Source: a candidate division WOR-3 bacterium (GTDB lineage Bacteria > SDB-A). Taken from it: a DNA stretch of 32,576 bases. The position numbers were made by a program, and so were the translations under genes. Shown in pieces: positions 17,251 to 26,979 of the stretch. Position 1 is the first letter of the stretch. The number at the start of each line of letters is the position of its first letter. Location of the stretch: contig JAFGSQ010000061.1 of assembly GCA_016934535.1 (NCBI GenBank), positions 1 to 32,576 of the forward strand. Direction: 5' to 3'. The notes beneath the pieces were generated by a model, which was given only the letters and a program-made list of their open reading frames with translations, was not told the origin of the DNA and made no database searches.

Positions 17251-17345
17251 AAGCAGGAAGGAAAAATGCTATCGCTTTTCCCGCTGGAATGAATTTCAGC
17301 GGAATCTTTACCCTGTCAGCAAGATCAGTCATGACAGAGTCATGA

Positions 17346-17972
17346 ATGTTTTGCGCTGTAGTTCTCGCTCTGGTTTCCGGTTTCCTTTATCTTGCCGTTA
17401 CAGACTCTTCAATACTTGAAATTCACGATTCATTATATGACCGGACTCAGGAAATAACTGTTGCGGAACCGGAGTTTTTAAACAGAGATTTGATTAGAGA
17501 AGACTACCGGGTTATCGATTCGTTTTCCGCTGACATAACTGGAGACGGATTATCGGACGAAGTTTATCTCATAGAACGCCCTTTCAGAGACTGGCCTTTT
17601 GCCGTTTGGCACGAAATGGAGACCGTGATTTCAGGCAACAAAGACGAAAGAGGGCTCTCGTGCAGTATTTTTGTTTTCGGTCCGAAGTCTCCGAACGACA
17701 CAACCGGCAGTTTATTGTGGGCTGGATCTCCAATGTTCGTTCCTTTCACTGAAATCGAGCAGATAGATTCCGACAAAGACAAAGTTTTCGAGATCGCCGC
17801 CATTGAAAGCGATTATACGATTTGGTCAACGGGCTACGGAACAGACGTGGCAGTGTGGATATGGGACGGATTCGGTTTCAGAAGGGACTGCTTCTGTGGA
17901 GAAAGATCTTTCCTTTATGATTCATTGGAAATAAATGAAACAACGAGCATTTTACAAGTGCGCGTCAAATGA
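17346..17972 (+). CDS. Hypothetical exported protein with DxxGDG-type loops
   Basis: N-terminal hydrophobic segment; DITGDGLSDE and DSDKDKVFE motifs; VWIWDGFGF. Confidence 0.65.
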   Translation: MFCAVVLALVSGFLYLAVTDSSILEIHDSLYDRTQEITVAEPEFLNRDLIREDYRVIDSFSADITGDGLSDEVYLIERPFRDWPFAVWHEMETVISGNKDERGLSCSIFVFGPKSPNDTTGSLLWAGSPMFVPFTEIEQIDSDKDKVFEIAAIESDYTIWSTGYGTDVAVWIWDGFGFRRDCFCGERSFLYDSLEINETTSILQVRVK

Positions 17973-18041
17973 CTTACCCGCTCTTTTGGTGTTTTTCAGT
18001 TTTTCGTGATATTCTATTTGTAAATTTTGCTGGAGGTTAAT

Positions 18042-20072
18042 ATGATGAGACTGTTTCGTTTTCCAGTAATCCTTTCCATACCTGTAATATTTACTCTGGC
18101 CAGACTTTCCGGCGCCGACTTCAATATTGAAGATTCAATTCCTGCCTCATACCAGGGGGCCGACTTCAGGTATCCCGTTGATCCCGAAAAGATTTTGTAT
18201 CTGGAATTTGCCGGCCTCAATGAAGGTCAGGCCAGGTTTCTTTGTCAGAACGGTTTTGTCATTGTTCCAGGAAATTCAAGGGATTTTTATTGTCTGTACG
18301 ACGGTTTTAAATACGATTCCGTTCCTGTTTACGTCACTGCTGACGCCATGCTGCACACCTACCATTTGATCTTCAATAAAATAATAAGAGGCCTTGAGGA
18401 CGAGTTTTTGAGGGAGAGATTGCTGATGCTCACGGTGGACCTCTGCGCCGAAGCGAAGGATGTTTATTCCGAGCTAAGAGGCACGCAGTTCGAAGACGCC
18501 GCGCTGGATGTCTGGACGTATTTTGAAATAGCACGTTTTCTTCTGGACGAAAAACCTTCGGCACTCCCACTGGCGGTAATGATTGCTGCACAGTACGAGA
18601 TAGAAAGGATTTCCGAAGCCCAGGGCATAGATGTTTCAACCCTTATGACTGAGGGAGAAGATATCTACGAAGAGGACTACAGTCAATACAGGCCGAGGGG
18701 GCATTACGACGGCAAACCCGAAAGAGAGAGATATTTCAGGGCGATGATGTGGTTCGGAAGAATAACATTTTCAACGGACGATCTCGGAGATATCCGAAGA
18801 ATCATTGTCTTTGCCGACATAATGTCAAAACCCGGGAATGATTATCTGAAAAAATGGCAGGAAATATCGGAGCCCATTGAGTATTTTGTAGGAAGGTCAA
18901 AAGATCTCAGCGTTGTCGAAGCCGTATCTGTTTTCAGAAAAATATACGGTGATTCCCCCGATAAATCAGCTCTCGTAAGCTTGGTAAAAGGGACGGAGTT
19001 TTTATCTGAGATAAAAAAAATATCCAAGGGCGAAGACCTGCCGTTTGAATATTCAGAAAATGACCCCGGTTTCAGGTTTATGGGACAAAAATACGTATTC
19101 GATTCACACGTATATGAAAAACTTGTCTACAGCGAAGTCGGGACGCCTTCAAACACAAGAATGCTGCCCAAAGCTCTCGACCTGTTCGCTGTTTTTGGCA
19201 GCGAAGAAGCGTACGGCATTCTCGAAAGCGATGGCGACACTGAAATCGAAAATTATTCCGAGAACATGGAAAAACTGAAAGCCCTCGTCTCAAGAATTAC
19301 TCCCGAAAAGTGGCAATCCGATGTGTACATTTACTGGCTTTACGTACTGAAAACATACGTCAGGGAAAAAGGCGAGTCATATCCGAAGTACATGAGAAAA
19401 CTATCGTGGACGCTGAGAAATCTCTACGCCGCTTTGGCGAGTTACACTGAACTCAAACATGACACTGTGCTTTACGCGAATCAGGTAATGGCAGAATGCG
19501 GCGACGACATCCCGTACGATAAGTACATCTGTCACGTCGAGCCTGATCCTGAATTCTTTTACAGTCTTTTGAAGCTGGTCGAATTGACCGAAAAAGCGCT
19601 GGAAAAAACCGGCGTTGAGTTGAAAGCTTCTGAAGGCTTGCTTGCAAACCTTGAAGAGGAAACCCGGTACATGGCATCGGTATCTCTTAAAGAACTCAGG
19701 GGAGAAGAATTGAGCAGGGAAGACTTCGACCGTCTATATTATTTCGGCGGATGGCTCGAATGGATGGTTTTTGAATCCGCGGACGATCCTGCAGGAAATC
19801 CCGACTGGGAATGGGCTGGACTCGTCACGGACATAGCGACCGATCCGAACGGCAGAGTCCTTCAGGAGGCGACAGGAAAAATATTCAAGATATTCGTAAT
19901 AACTCAGGGTAAAGAAGGAAGGCCTCAGCTCGCAGGAGGAGGCGTATATTCTTACTACGAATTCCCGTGGCCGATGGACGACAGACTTACGGACTCTAAA
20001 TGGAGAAAAATGCTATTAGAAAATTCCGAACCGCCGAGACCTGAGTGGTCGGGTAATTTCATAATTGAATGA
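18042..20072 (+). CDS. DUF3160 domain-containing protein
   Basis: YVTADAMLHTYH, EDYSQYRPRGHY, YFRAMMWFGR, ASYTELKHDTVLY, GGVYSYYEF...RLTD..W; SD ggagg before ATG 18042. Confidence 0.9.
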   Translation: MMRLFRFPVILSIPVIFTLARLSGADFNIEDSIPASYQGADFRYPVDPEKILYLEFAGLNEGQARFLCQNGFVIVPGNSRDFYCLYDGFKYDSVPVYVTADAMLHTYHLIFNKIIRGLEDEFLRERLLMLTVDLCAEAKDVYSELRGTQFEDAALDVWTYFEIARFLLDEKPSALPLAVMIAAQYEIERISEAQGIDVSTLMTEGEDIYEEDYSQYRPRGHYDGKPERERYFRAMMWFGRITFSTDDLGDIRRIIVFADIMSKPGNDYLKKWQEISEPIEYFVGRSKDLSVVEAVSVFRKIYGDSPDKSALVSLVKGTEFLSEIKKISKGEDLPFEYSENDPGFRFMGQKYVFDSHVYEKLVYSEVGTPSNTRMLPKALDLFAVFGSEEAYGILESDGDTEIENYSENMEKLKALVSRITPEKWQSDVYIYWLYVLKTYVREKGESYPKYMRKLSWTLRNLYAALASYTELKHDTVLYANQVMAECGDDIPYDKYICHVEPDPEFFYSLLKLVELTEKALEKTGVELKASEGLLANLEEETRYMASVSLKELRGEELSREDFDRLYYFGGWLEWMVFESADDPAGNPDWEWAGLVTDIATDPNGRVLQEATGKIFKIFVITQGKEGRPQLAGGGVYSYYEFPWPMDDRLTDSKWRKMLLENSEPPRPEWSGNFIIE

Positions 20073-20090
20073 GTCCCTGACAATTACTTT

Positions 20091-20714
20091 ATGACACTAA
20101 GCTATCTGCCTTTCGGCGCCGACATATTTGTTCTGGAATTAATAAACAAAACATTGCACGCAGTTTTTCTGAATTATTTTTTTGTTTTTTTCTCTGACGA
20201 AAAAGCAGCGGTTTTCCCGCTGGCCCTGACCTTATTTTTTTTTCTGAGAAAATACAAGAAAAAGGGAATCGTGCTTTTTTTGTTCGCGATCGCAGCTGTC
20301 GGACTGTCGGACCTTTTGGGAGCAAGATTTTTCAAGGAGTTGTTTGACAGACCAAGACCCTGTCAGGAAATAGCCGGTATATTTTATTTCGATAAAAAGA
20401 CCGCCGGATGGTTGATCACCGACGGAGTGACAGGTTTTAAATCTTCCTCTTCATTCGTTTCCAATCACTCGGCAAACGCCGCCGCATTTGCCCTGTTTTC
20501 TTCGTTTTATCTCAGGCGGCTTTCCGTTTTTTTTCTTACGGCGGCTTTTTTAGTCGGAATATCGAGGATATACACAGGAGTTCATTACCCTTCCGATGTC
20601 GCGGCGGGATTTGCGACAGGAGCAGTGTGCGCTTTTTTTACCAAATGGCTCTGTGATCTATCAATCAAAATCCATTCAGGATATCGGGAAAAGAGAAAAA
20701 AAGTACGAAGTTGA
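20091..20714 (+). CDS. PAP2 family membrane phosphatase
   Basis: KELFDRPRP, SFVSNHS and SRIYTGVHYPSDV motifs with TM helices. Confidence 0.92.
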   Translation: MTLSYLPFGADIFVLELINKTLHAVFLNYFFVFFSDEKAAVFPLALTLFFFLRKYKKKGIVLFLFAIAAVGLSDLLGARFFKELFDRPRPCQEIAGIFYFDKKTAGWLITDGVTGFKSSSSFVSNHSANAAAFALFSSFYLRRLSVFFLTAAFLVGISRIYTGVHYPSDVAAGFATGAVCAFFTKWLCDLSIKIHSGYREKRKKVRS

Positions 20715-20791
20715 TTTTTTCATTTCTGTGATTTATTATTGATCGATATGTAATTGTCCCGTCAAAAAATTAAGGGAGGTAGGGAAAAGGC

Positions 20792-21184
20792 ATGAAATAC
20801 CTGAAAACTCACCCTGATAAATGCATCGGTTGTATGGTTTGTATGGACGTCTGCTCGGAGACATTCTTTGGCGAAAAAGATCACAGAAAATCTTCGATAA
20901 AGATAACTCCAAAAAAGGAAGAAGGCTTCGAGATAACCGTCTGCAATCAGAAATGCCGTTTGTGCGTCGACGAGTGTCCTGTCAAGGCTCTTTCTATAAC
21001 TTCTCAGGGAGTAGTAATACTCAATAAAAAACTTTGCGTCGGATGCCTCGCCTGTGTCGCTGTCTGTCCTATAAATGCTATGATGTGGCTGGAAGGCTTG
21101 GAAAATCCCTTTAAATGCGTGGCCTGCGGAAAATGCGCTGAAAAATGCCCGTCGGGCGCCATTGAAATTGCCGAGGAGGAATAA
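20792..21184 (+). CDS. 4Fe-4S polyferredoxin subunit of the AOR complex
   Basis: Multiple CxxCxxCxxxC motifs; SD gggagg; abuts the AOR gene. Confidence 0.92.
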   Translation: MKYLKTHPDKCIGCMVCMDVCSETFFGEKDHRKSSIKITPKKEEGFEITVCNQKCRLCVDECPVKALSITSQGVVILNKKLCVGCLACVAVCPINAMMWLEGLENPFKCVACGKCAEKCPSGAIEIAEEE

Positions 21185-23347
21185 ATGAGGGGAGACATCG
21201 AAAAAATCAAAGCTTCGCACAAACAGCTCGCTGAGATCAAATACGATTTGAAACCTGTCCGAAGAGGCTACAACGACAGGACTCTCTACGTCAATGTGTC
21301 CGACAATACGATAAAGATCAAACCGGTTTCCTCGCAAATGAAGGAAAAATTCACGGGAGGAAGAGGATACGACCTGAAGCTTCTCTGGGACGCAGTCAAT
21401 GAAAAAACCAGATGGAACTCTCCTGAAAACGAAGTTGTCATTGCGGCAGGACCCATTGGAGGTAATACAAATTATGCGGGTTCGGGCAAGTCTATAGTGG
21501 TCACCATTTCACCTTTGACTGGAATACCTATAGATTCCAACGTCGGCGGTTATTTCGGACCGTATCTGAAATTTTCCGGATTCGACGCCATAGAACTGCA
21601 GGGTAAAGCGAAAAATGATGTGATTGTTTTTATAGACGGTGACGAAGGATCGGTGAAAATAATGGAAGCACCGATGGAAGCGGTTGACAGCCACGTGCTC
21701 GGAGAACAGCTGGTGGAAATATTTTCAAAGAACGAAGAGGATAAAATTCACGTCAGTTCGGTTACAGCCGGAACGGGATCAGAACATGCGTACATCGGAT
21801 GTCTCAATTTTTCACTTTACGACAAGAGGAGGAAAGGAGTCCGCTTCAAACAGGCCGGCAGGGGCGGAATCGGAACGGTTTTCAGAGACAAAAAGATTAA
21901 AGCGCTCGTCGTCAGATTCTCGAACCTTACTTCCTCATCGAACGATCCCGCCGACATAGCAAAACTCCAAAAAGTGGGTCTGAAACTCCACGACGAAATA
22001 ATCCAGCGTGACGAACTCGATTGCAACATGAGAAAAGTCGGAACCGCTCATCTTGCCGAGATAATGAACGACTACGACCTTCTGCCCACGATGAACTACA
22101 AGTTCGGCAGTCACGAAATGGCAAAAAATCTGGCGTCCGACAAGCTTTATGAGAAATTTCTTTCAAAGGGCAAACCTGACGGCTGCTGGTACGGTTGTAC
22201 AATGGCTTGCGCAAAAGTCGTAGAAAATTTTGAATTGACCACCGGACCTTACAAGGGAAACAAAGTACTCGTCGACGGACCGGAATACGAGACCGTGGCG
22301 GGCTGCGGCTCGAACATCGGCGTTTTCGACATGAGGGACGTTTTGGAGATAAATTTTTACTGCGATTCTTACGGACTGGACACTATTTCATTCGGGACAA
22401 TGACTGCTTTCATAATGGAATGCTGGGAAAAAGGGATTTTGGACGCCGTAAAAACCGGCGGGCTCGATTTTTCCTGGGGGAACGCCGGATCCGCCCTCGA
22501 ACTTCTTCACAGGATTTCGCGAGGCGAGGGATTCGGGCTGATAGCGGGAAAAGGCATCAGGCAGATGAAGGATTATTTCGAAAAAGAATTCGGAGCGGAC
22601 AGAAAACTCATGGACGATTTCGGTATGGAAGCCAAAGGACTCGAATACTCCGAATACGTCACCAAAGAATCCCTGGCGATGCAGGGTGGATACGGTCTGA
22701 CCAACAAGGGTCCCCAGCACGACGAAGCGTGGCTCATTTTCATGGACATGGTCCAAAACCTCATACCGACGTTCGAAGACAAAGCCGAAGCCCTGCACTA
22801 TTTTCCGATGTTCAGAACCTGGTTCGGAATTCAGGGGCTTTGCAAACTGCCCTGGAACGACGTGACGCCCGAGGACAACGCCAGGACCAGCGAACCTGCT
22901 AAAGTCCCGGAACATGTCCAGAACTACGTCGACATCTTCAACGCGATAACAGGGAGGAACATAGACAAAGAGGAGCTCATACTACAGTCCGAGAGAGTTT
23001 ACAACTTCCAGAGGGTTTTCAACATAAGACTTGGCAAAGGAAAAAGAACGAACGACGCGATTCCATACAGATCGGTTGGACCCGTGACGGAAGAGGAATA
23101 CGAATCGAGGAATGAACGCTACGACAAACAGCTCAAAGAAAAAATCGGCCTCGACCCTGAAAAAATGAACACCCGGGAAAAGGTGAAAGAACTGAGAAAA
23201 TTCAGGGAAGACCAGTACAAAAAGCTGACTGACGCGGTTTACCAGAGAAGAGGCTGGACAAAAGAAGGGGTGCCTACGATAGAACACCTCAGAAAAATCG
23301 GAATGGATCTTCCCGAAGTAATCGAAGTTGTTAAAAAGCACCTTTAA
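21185..23347 (+). CDS. Aldehyde:ferredoxin oxidoreductase family (tungstopterin) protein
   Basis: ISPLTG...DSNVGGYFG, QAGRGGIG, CWYGCTMAC, GPEYET, CDSYGLDTIS, KGLE, YQRRGW...GVP. Confidence 0.95.
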   Translation: MRGDIEKIKASHKQLAEIKYDLKPVRRGYNDRTLYVNVSDNTIKIKPVSSQMKEKFTGGRGYDLKLLWDAVNEKTRWNSPENEVVIAAGPIGGNTNYAGSGKSIVVTISPLTGIPIDSNVGGYFGPYLKFSGFDAIELQGKAKNDVIVFIDGDEGSVKIMEAPMEAVDSHVLGEQLVEIFSKNEEDKIHVSSVTAGTGSEHAYIGCLNFSLYDKRRKGVRFKQAGRGGIGTVFRDKKIKALVVRFSNLTSSSNDPADIAKLQKVGLKLHDEIIQRDELDCNMRKVGTAHLAEIMNDYDLLPTMNYKFGSHEMAKNLASDKLYEKFLSKGKPDGCWYGCTMACAKVVENFELTTGPYKGNKVLVDGPEYETVAGCGSNIGVFDMRDVLEINFYCDSYGLDTISFGTMTAFIMECWEKGILDAVKTGGLDFSWGNAGSALELLHRISRGEGFGLIAGKGIRQMKDYFEKEFGADRKLMDDFGMEAKGLEYSEYVTKESLAMQGGYGLTNKGPQHDEAWLIFMDMVQNLIPTFEDKAEALHYFPMFRTWFGIQGLCKLPWNDVTPEDNARTSEPAKVPEHVQNYVDIFNAITGRNIDKEELILQSERVYNFQRVFNIRLGKGKRTNDAIPYRSVGPVTEEEYESRNERYDKQLKEKIGLDPEKMNTREKVKELRKFREDQYKKLTDAVYQRRGWTKEGVPTIEHLRKIGMDLPEVIEVVKKHL

Positions 23348-23362
23348 TCCGATGGAGAAGAA

Positions 23363-23641
23363 ATGATAAATATAAACGAATATTTCGACGGCAAGGTAAA
23401 AAGCCTCGCTCCCGATGGCGTAAAGAAAAAGTTCACCGTGGGCGTCATCATGCCCGGAGAGTTCGAGTTCGGAACAGGCGTCAAGGAATTGATGGAGATC
23501 ACGCACGGATGCCTCGAAGTGACTTACAATGGACACCCGTCAAGAAAATATTCCAAGGGACAGAGTTTTGATGTTCCTGCTGAAACCAAATTCAAAGTCA
23601 AAGCGGAGGAAGCGACTTCGTACGTATGTTATTACGGATAA
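23363..23641 (+). CDS. ppnP: Pyrimidine/purine nucleoside phosphorylase (DUF1255/YaiE cupin)
   Basis: NEYFDGKVKS, TVGVIMPGEFEFGT...ELMEI, F.VPA...F, Y.C.Y C-terminus. Confidence 0.9.
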   Translation: MININEYFDGKVKSLAPDGVKKKFTVGVIMPGEFEFGTGVKELMEITHGCLEVTYNGHPSRKYSKGQSFDVPAETKFKVKAEEATSYVCYYG

Positions 23642-23663
23642 TTTTTTCTGCGAGTGAATCTGT

Positions 23664-24272
23664 TTGAAGTTTGACCAAATAAAAACGCGTCTTAAGAACT
23701 GTAATGTAGGGATCGCAGGGTGCGGAGGGTTAGGTTCAAACTGCGCTGTCATCCTGGCGAGGACCGGAATAGGGGGACTGATACTTGTAGATTACGATAC
23801 TGTGGAAAGGTCAAATCTCAATCGGCAGTATTATTTTCTGAATCAGCTCGGAAGAAAGAAAGTCGAAGCCCTCAAAGAAAATATTGAATCAATAGATCCG
23901 ACAGTAAGGGTCAAAACAATTTTCACGAAATTGACACCCTCAAACTGCGCTGAAATCTTCAGGGATTCCGACTTGGTAGTGGAAGCTCTCGACAAGGCGG
24001 AAGAAAAAGCTTGGCTGATCCAGGCATTGATGGGGAAAAAACCCGAAATGCGAGTTGTTTCAGGTTCAGGGATCGCGGGTTTCGGGAGCAACAACAGGAT
24101 AAAGACGAGGAGATATGGAAATCTCTGGGTCTGCGGAGACGGTGAAACCGAAGTGTCTGACGAAAACCCCGCGCTGGCGCCAAAAGTATCCATTGTCGCC
24201 GGCATGGAAGCAAATCAGGCCGTTGAAATACTTTTAAAAAAAATACATGAAAATGAAGATAAAACTGAATAA
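23664..24272 (+). CDS. thiF: Sulfur-carrier protein adenylyltransferase, ThiF family
   Basis: GIAGCGGLGS, DYDTVERSNLNRQ, VEALDKAEEK; lacks the zinc-binding CxxC pairs (short ThiF type). Confidence 0.88.
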   Translation: MKFDQIKTRLKNCNVGIAGCGGLGSNCAVILARTGIGGLILVDYDTVERSNLNRQYYFLNQLGRKKVEALKENIESIDPTVRVKTIFTKLTPSNCAEIFRDSDLVVEALDKAEEKAWLIQALMGKKPEMRVVSGSGIAGFGSNNRIKTRRYGNLWVCGDGETEVSDENPALAPKVSIVAGMEANQAVEILLKKIHENEDKTE

Positions 24273-24456
24273 GAAAGATTTTTCGACAGATATAAAAAAC
24301 CCGACGGTTTCGTATCTTTTACGGCAGGTGGCTCCGATACATCCGATAGCCGCAGTGAAAGTCAACGGCTCATTCGTCAAAAAGACCGACTATGACATTC
24401 TTGCCCTCAAAGAAGGAGACAACGTCACGATTGTCTACATGCTCGGAGGGGGATGA
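24247..24456 (+). CDS. thiS: Sulfur carrier protein, ThiS/MoaD family
   Basis: Ubiquitin-like size; AVKVNG...LKEGDNVTIV..LGGG C-terminal di-glycine. Confidence 0.88.
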   Translation: MKMKIKLNKKDFSTDIKNPTVSYLLRQVAPIHPIAAVKVNGSFVKKTDYDILALKEGDNVTIVYMLGGG

Positions 24457-24458
24457 TT

Positions 24459-24478
24459 GCCGCTTTATTTAAGGCGGC
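24459..24478. terminator. Hairpin ending the AOR operon
   Basis: gccgcttt/aaggcggc stem immediately after the thiS stop, between convergent genes; weak U-tract. Confidence 0.45.
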
Positions 24479-24537
24479 TCCTTTCTAGCTACGTTTTTTG
24501 TACCGGTTTTTTATAAAAATCCGTCTCAAAAACACAT

Positions 24538-26856
24538 CTACCTCACGAGAGTTATTTTACAGGTTTTTGAGAAATTACCCGTTCTGAGCAACAGGAAATA
24601 CTGCCCCGCGGGTTCTTCAGATGTATTCCAGAAAAACTCATGTTGACCCGCCGATATTTCTTTGTCAGCGAGAATTTTAATTTTTCTTCCGACCAGATCG
24701 TAGATTTCGAGAACTAAAGGCGAGTCTTTAAAGATTTCTAGCCGGATTTCGACTAAAGATGCCGAAACTGATGCGCTTAGCTGAAAAGAAACTGTTTTGA
24801 CATGGTCGGCGTTGATCTCTTCGACGTGTGTCGAGTAAAAAGGCGTCCCCTGAACCCACTCACAGTTAAAAATTCTGCAGTTTATCATGTTGGCGGTTCC
24901 GTCAAAAAGTGTGTCTCCGTTTGCTTCGTTCATGTTCCAGTAAGCGACAAGGCCGGATTCGGAACCGGAAAGCGGATGAGAAAGATTGCTTTGTATGGTC
25001 TGCTGAGTGAGGCAGGAATTCCAAATTCTCAGATCGTCTATCACTCCGTTGAAAGTGAAATTTAAACCGTTGTTGTTTCCCACGTAGAGGTTGTAGCTTG
25101 AGTGATCTTTAACGCTTCCTGACGGAGAGGTCAAATATGTGAGGGGCTGTTCGACGCCGTTGATGTATATCTTGAGTTCGCTCGAGGATGCCAGGTAAGT
25201 AAAAGCTATGTGCTGCCATGTGTCAAGTATGATCGAACTGTCCGGAGTGAATGAATAGCTGGTCGAGTTGTCCGAATGGACGATTTTTACCGCCAGGCAG
25301 TGGTCGTTGTAACTTGCTCCGCTCTTGACAAGATAGAAAGACAAGTTCACTTTGTCTATTATTCTGCCGAAACCGAGCATAGAGTTTTCCCCCCATCCAT
25401 GAGGATATATCCATGCCTCGATGGACAGAGAATCCGTCAGGTCAAGATTCGGAGAACTCTGGCAGACCGCTCTGCTTGATGCCCCGTCGAATCCGAGCGC
25501 ACTTTCACCGTTGAAAACTCTCACGCATTTTTGTTTGATTATCGTGTCGGTCAGCGAATCGTTCGACACTACGAGGGTAACTGTATAGTCTCCGGAATCG
25601 CCGTAAACGTGGACGGGATTCTGATCGTGCGAATCAAATGTTCCGTCGCTTTCGAAATCCCATGACCAGTCGTTTGCCGCAGGACTTGAAAATGACGAGT
25701 CGGTGAAATGAACCGTCAATGGCTCGTGACCTGTTTGAGGTTCGGCCATGAAATCGGCAAAAAGGAATGTAGTGACAGTTTCGTACCAGGCTACGTAAAA
25801 AGCATCCCTGATCGAGGACACTATGTCGAGATCACCGTCCTGGTCTACGTCCGAAACAAACACGTCGGATGAACCGTTGACATTCCGGGCGACTGTGTGA
25901 CCTGTAAAAATAATCTGTCCCGTGTTTTCCCAGTACGTTATTTTGTCCGCTATAAGATCTGCTCCGATGACATCGATGTCCCCGTCGCCGTCGAAATCCA
26001 CGGGAACTACCGTATGCGGAGAGTTGCCGGCGCTGTCGATCAGATGTTTGGTCAGATTCGTCGAGCCGTCATTTTCATACCATGCGACCTGGCCTATGAT
26101 ACAGGATGAAGCGACGAGATCGGAATCGCCGTCTCCGTCCATGTCGATCACCTCGACATGGTTTGGTCTGCCCCATGAAGTTTCGATCTGATGCTCGGTA
26201 AAATTCATAGATCCGTCGTTTTCGAACCATGAAAGGTCACCCGCAATGCTTGCGGTTCCGAAAAGGTCATTGTCTCCGTCGCCGTCGAGGTCGCCCGAGG
26301 CAATGCTGTTCGCGTTGTCCCACGGATATTTAACCGTGTGATCAGTGAAGTTCATTGAGCCGTCGTTCTCGAACCAGCCGAACCTGTCCGCGTTTTCGCA
26401 TGCTGCGGCGAGTATGTCGATGTCTCCGTCAATGTCCAGATCGACAGCTCGAACATAAGTGACGCCTGACCAATTCGACACTACGTTGGGTGTAAAATTC
26501 TGACTGCCGTCGTTTTCATACCAGAGAACCAGAGCAGCCTCGTCTACTGCGCAGACAATGTCGCTGTCTCCGTCGCAGTCGAGGTCGCAGATCTCGAGTT
26601 TCATTACTCCCGTCGCCGAAGACGATATGTTGTGTCTTGTGAAATACTGATTGCCGCCGTTTTCGTACCAGTCCAGGCTGTTGCCGATTCTGTCAGTACC
26701 CGCTATATCTATGTCTCCGTCTGAGTCGATGTCGCACGCCCAGACGAACCAGGGCCAGCCCAATCCGCTTTGAATAATGTGTTCCGCGTAATAATTGAGA
26801 CAGCAGCATTCAACGAAAACAAACAATAAAACCGCGAATGAAAAGCACCTCTTCAT
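24538..26856 (-). CDS. Secreted VCBS/FG-GAP repeat + PKD + LamG protein with T9SS-type CTD
   Basis: Repeated DxDGDGDxD...W(Y/F)ENDG; PKD (FTDSS...WSWDF...PVHVY...YTVTLVV); LamG (EAWIYP, WQHIA, IYING, IDDLRIWN); HVEE linker and YDLVGR...GQYF. SD gggagg before ATG 26856. Confidence 0.9.
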   Translation of the reverse strand: MKRCFSFAVLLFVFVECCCLNYYAEHIIQSGLGWPWFVWACDIDSDGDIDIAGTDRIGNSLDWYENGGNQYFTRHNISSSATGVMKLEICDLDCDGDSDIVCAVDEAALVLWYENDGSQNFTPNVVSNWSGVTYVRAVDLDIDGDIDILAAACENADRFGWFENDGSMNFTDHTVKYPWDNANSIASGDLDGDGDNDLFGTASIAGDLSWFENDGSMNFTEHQIETSWGRPNHVEVIDMDGDGDSDLVASSCIIGQVAWYENDGSTNLTKHLIDSAGNSPHTVVPVDFDGDGDIDVIGADLIADKITYWENTGQIIFTGHTVARNVNGSSDVFVSDVDQDGDLDIVSSIRDAFYVAWYETVTTFLFADFMAEPQTGHEPLTVHFTDSSFSSPAANDWSWDFESDGTFDSHDQNPVHVYGDSGDYTVTLVVSNDSLTDTIIKQKCVRVFNGESALGFDGASSRAVCQSSPNLDLTDSLSIEAWIYPHGWGENSMLGFGRIIDKVNLSFYLVKSGASYNDHCLAVKIVHSDNSTSYSFTPDSSIILDTWQHIAFTYLASSSELKIYINGVEQPLTYLTSPSGSVKDHSSYNLYVGNNNGLNFTFNGVIDDLRIWNSCLTQQTIQSNLSHPLSGSESGLVAYWNMNEANGDTLFDGTANMINCRIFNCEWVQGTPFYSTHVEEINADHVKTVSFQLSASVSASLVEIRLEIFKDSPLVLEIYDLVGRKIKILADKEISAGQHEFFWNTSEEPAGQYFLLLRTGNFSKTCKITLVR

Positions 26857-26923
26857 CTTCCACCTCCCGTTTAGGTAGTCAATTTTCAGCCTCAAATGAC
26901 AAAACGTCAAGGAAAAAGCAGAT

Positions 26924-26957
26924 AAAAAAAAGGAGGGCAACAAGCCCTCCTTTTTTT
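26924..26957 (-). terminator. Rho-independent terminator (symmetric, potentially bidirectional)
   Basis: A8-ggagggc-aacaa-gccctcc-T7 downstream of the 26980-28602 gene. Confidence 0.88.
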
Positions 26958-26979
26958 AACTTTTTATTTAATAAAGTTC

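Noticed and set aside
20762-23536. Long antisense and alternate-frame ORFs across the AOR operon (and similar ones over kbp, dfx and the GT-C gene)
   Set aside because: They overlap confidently identified genes and show no protein motifs of their own.
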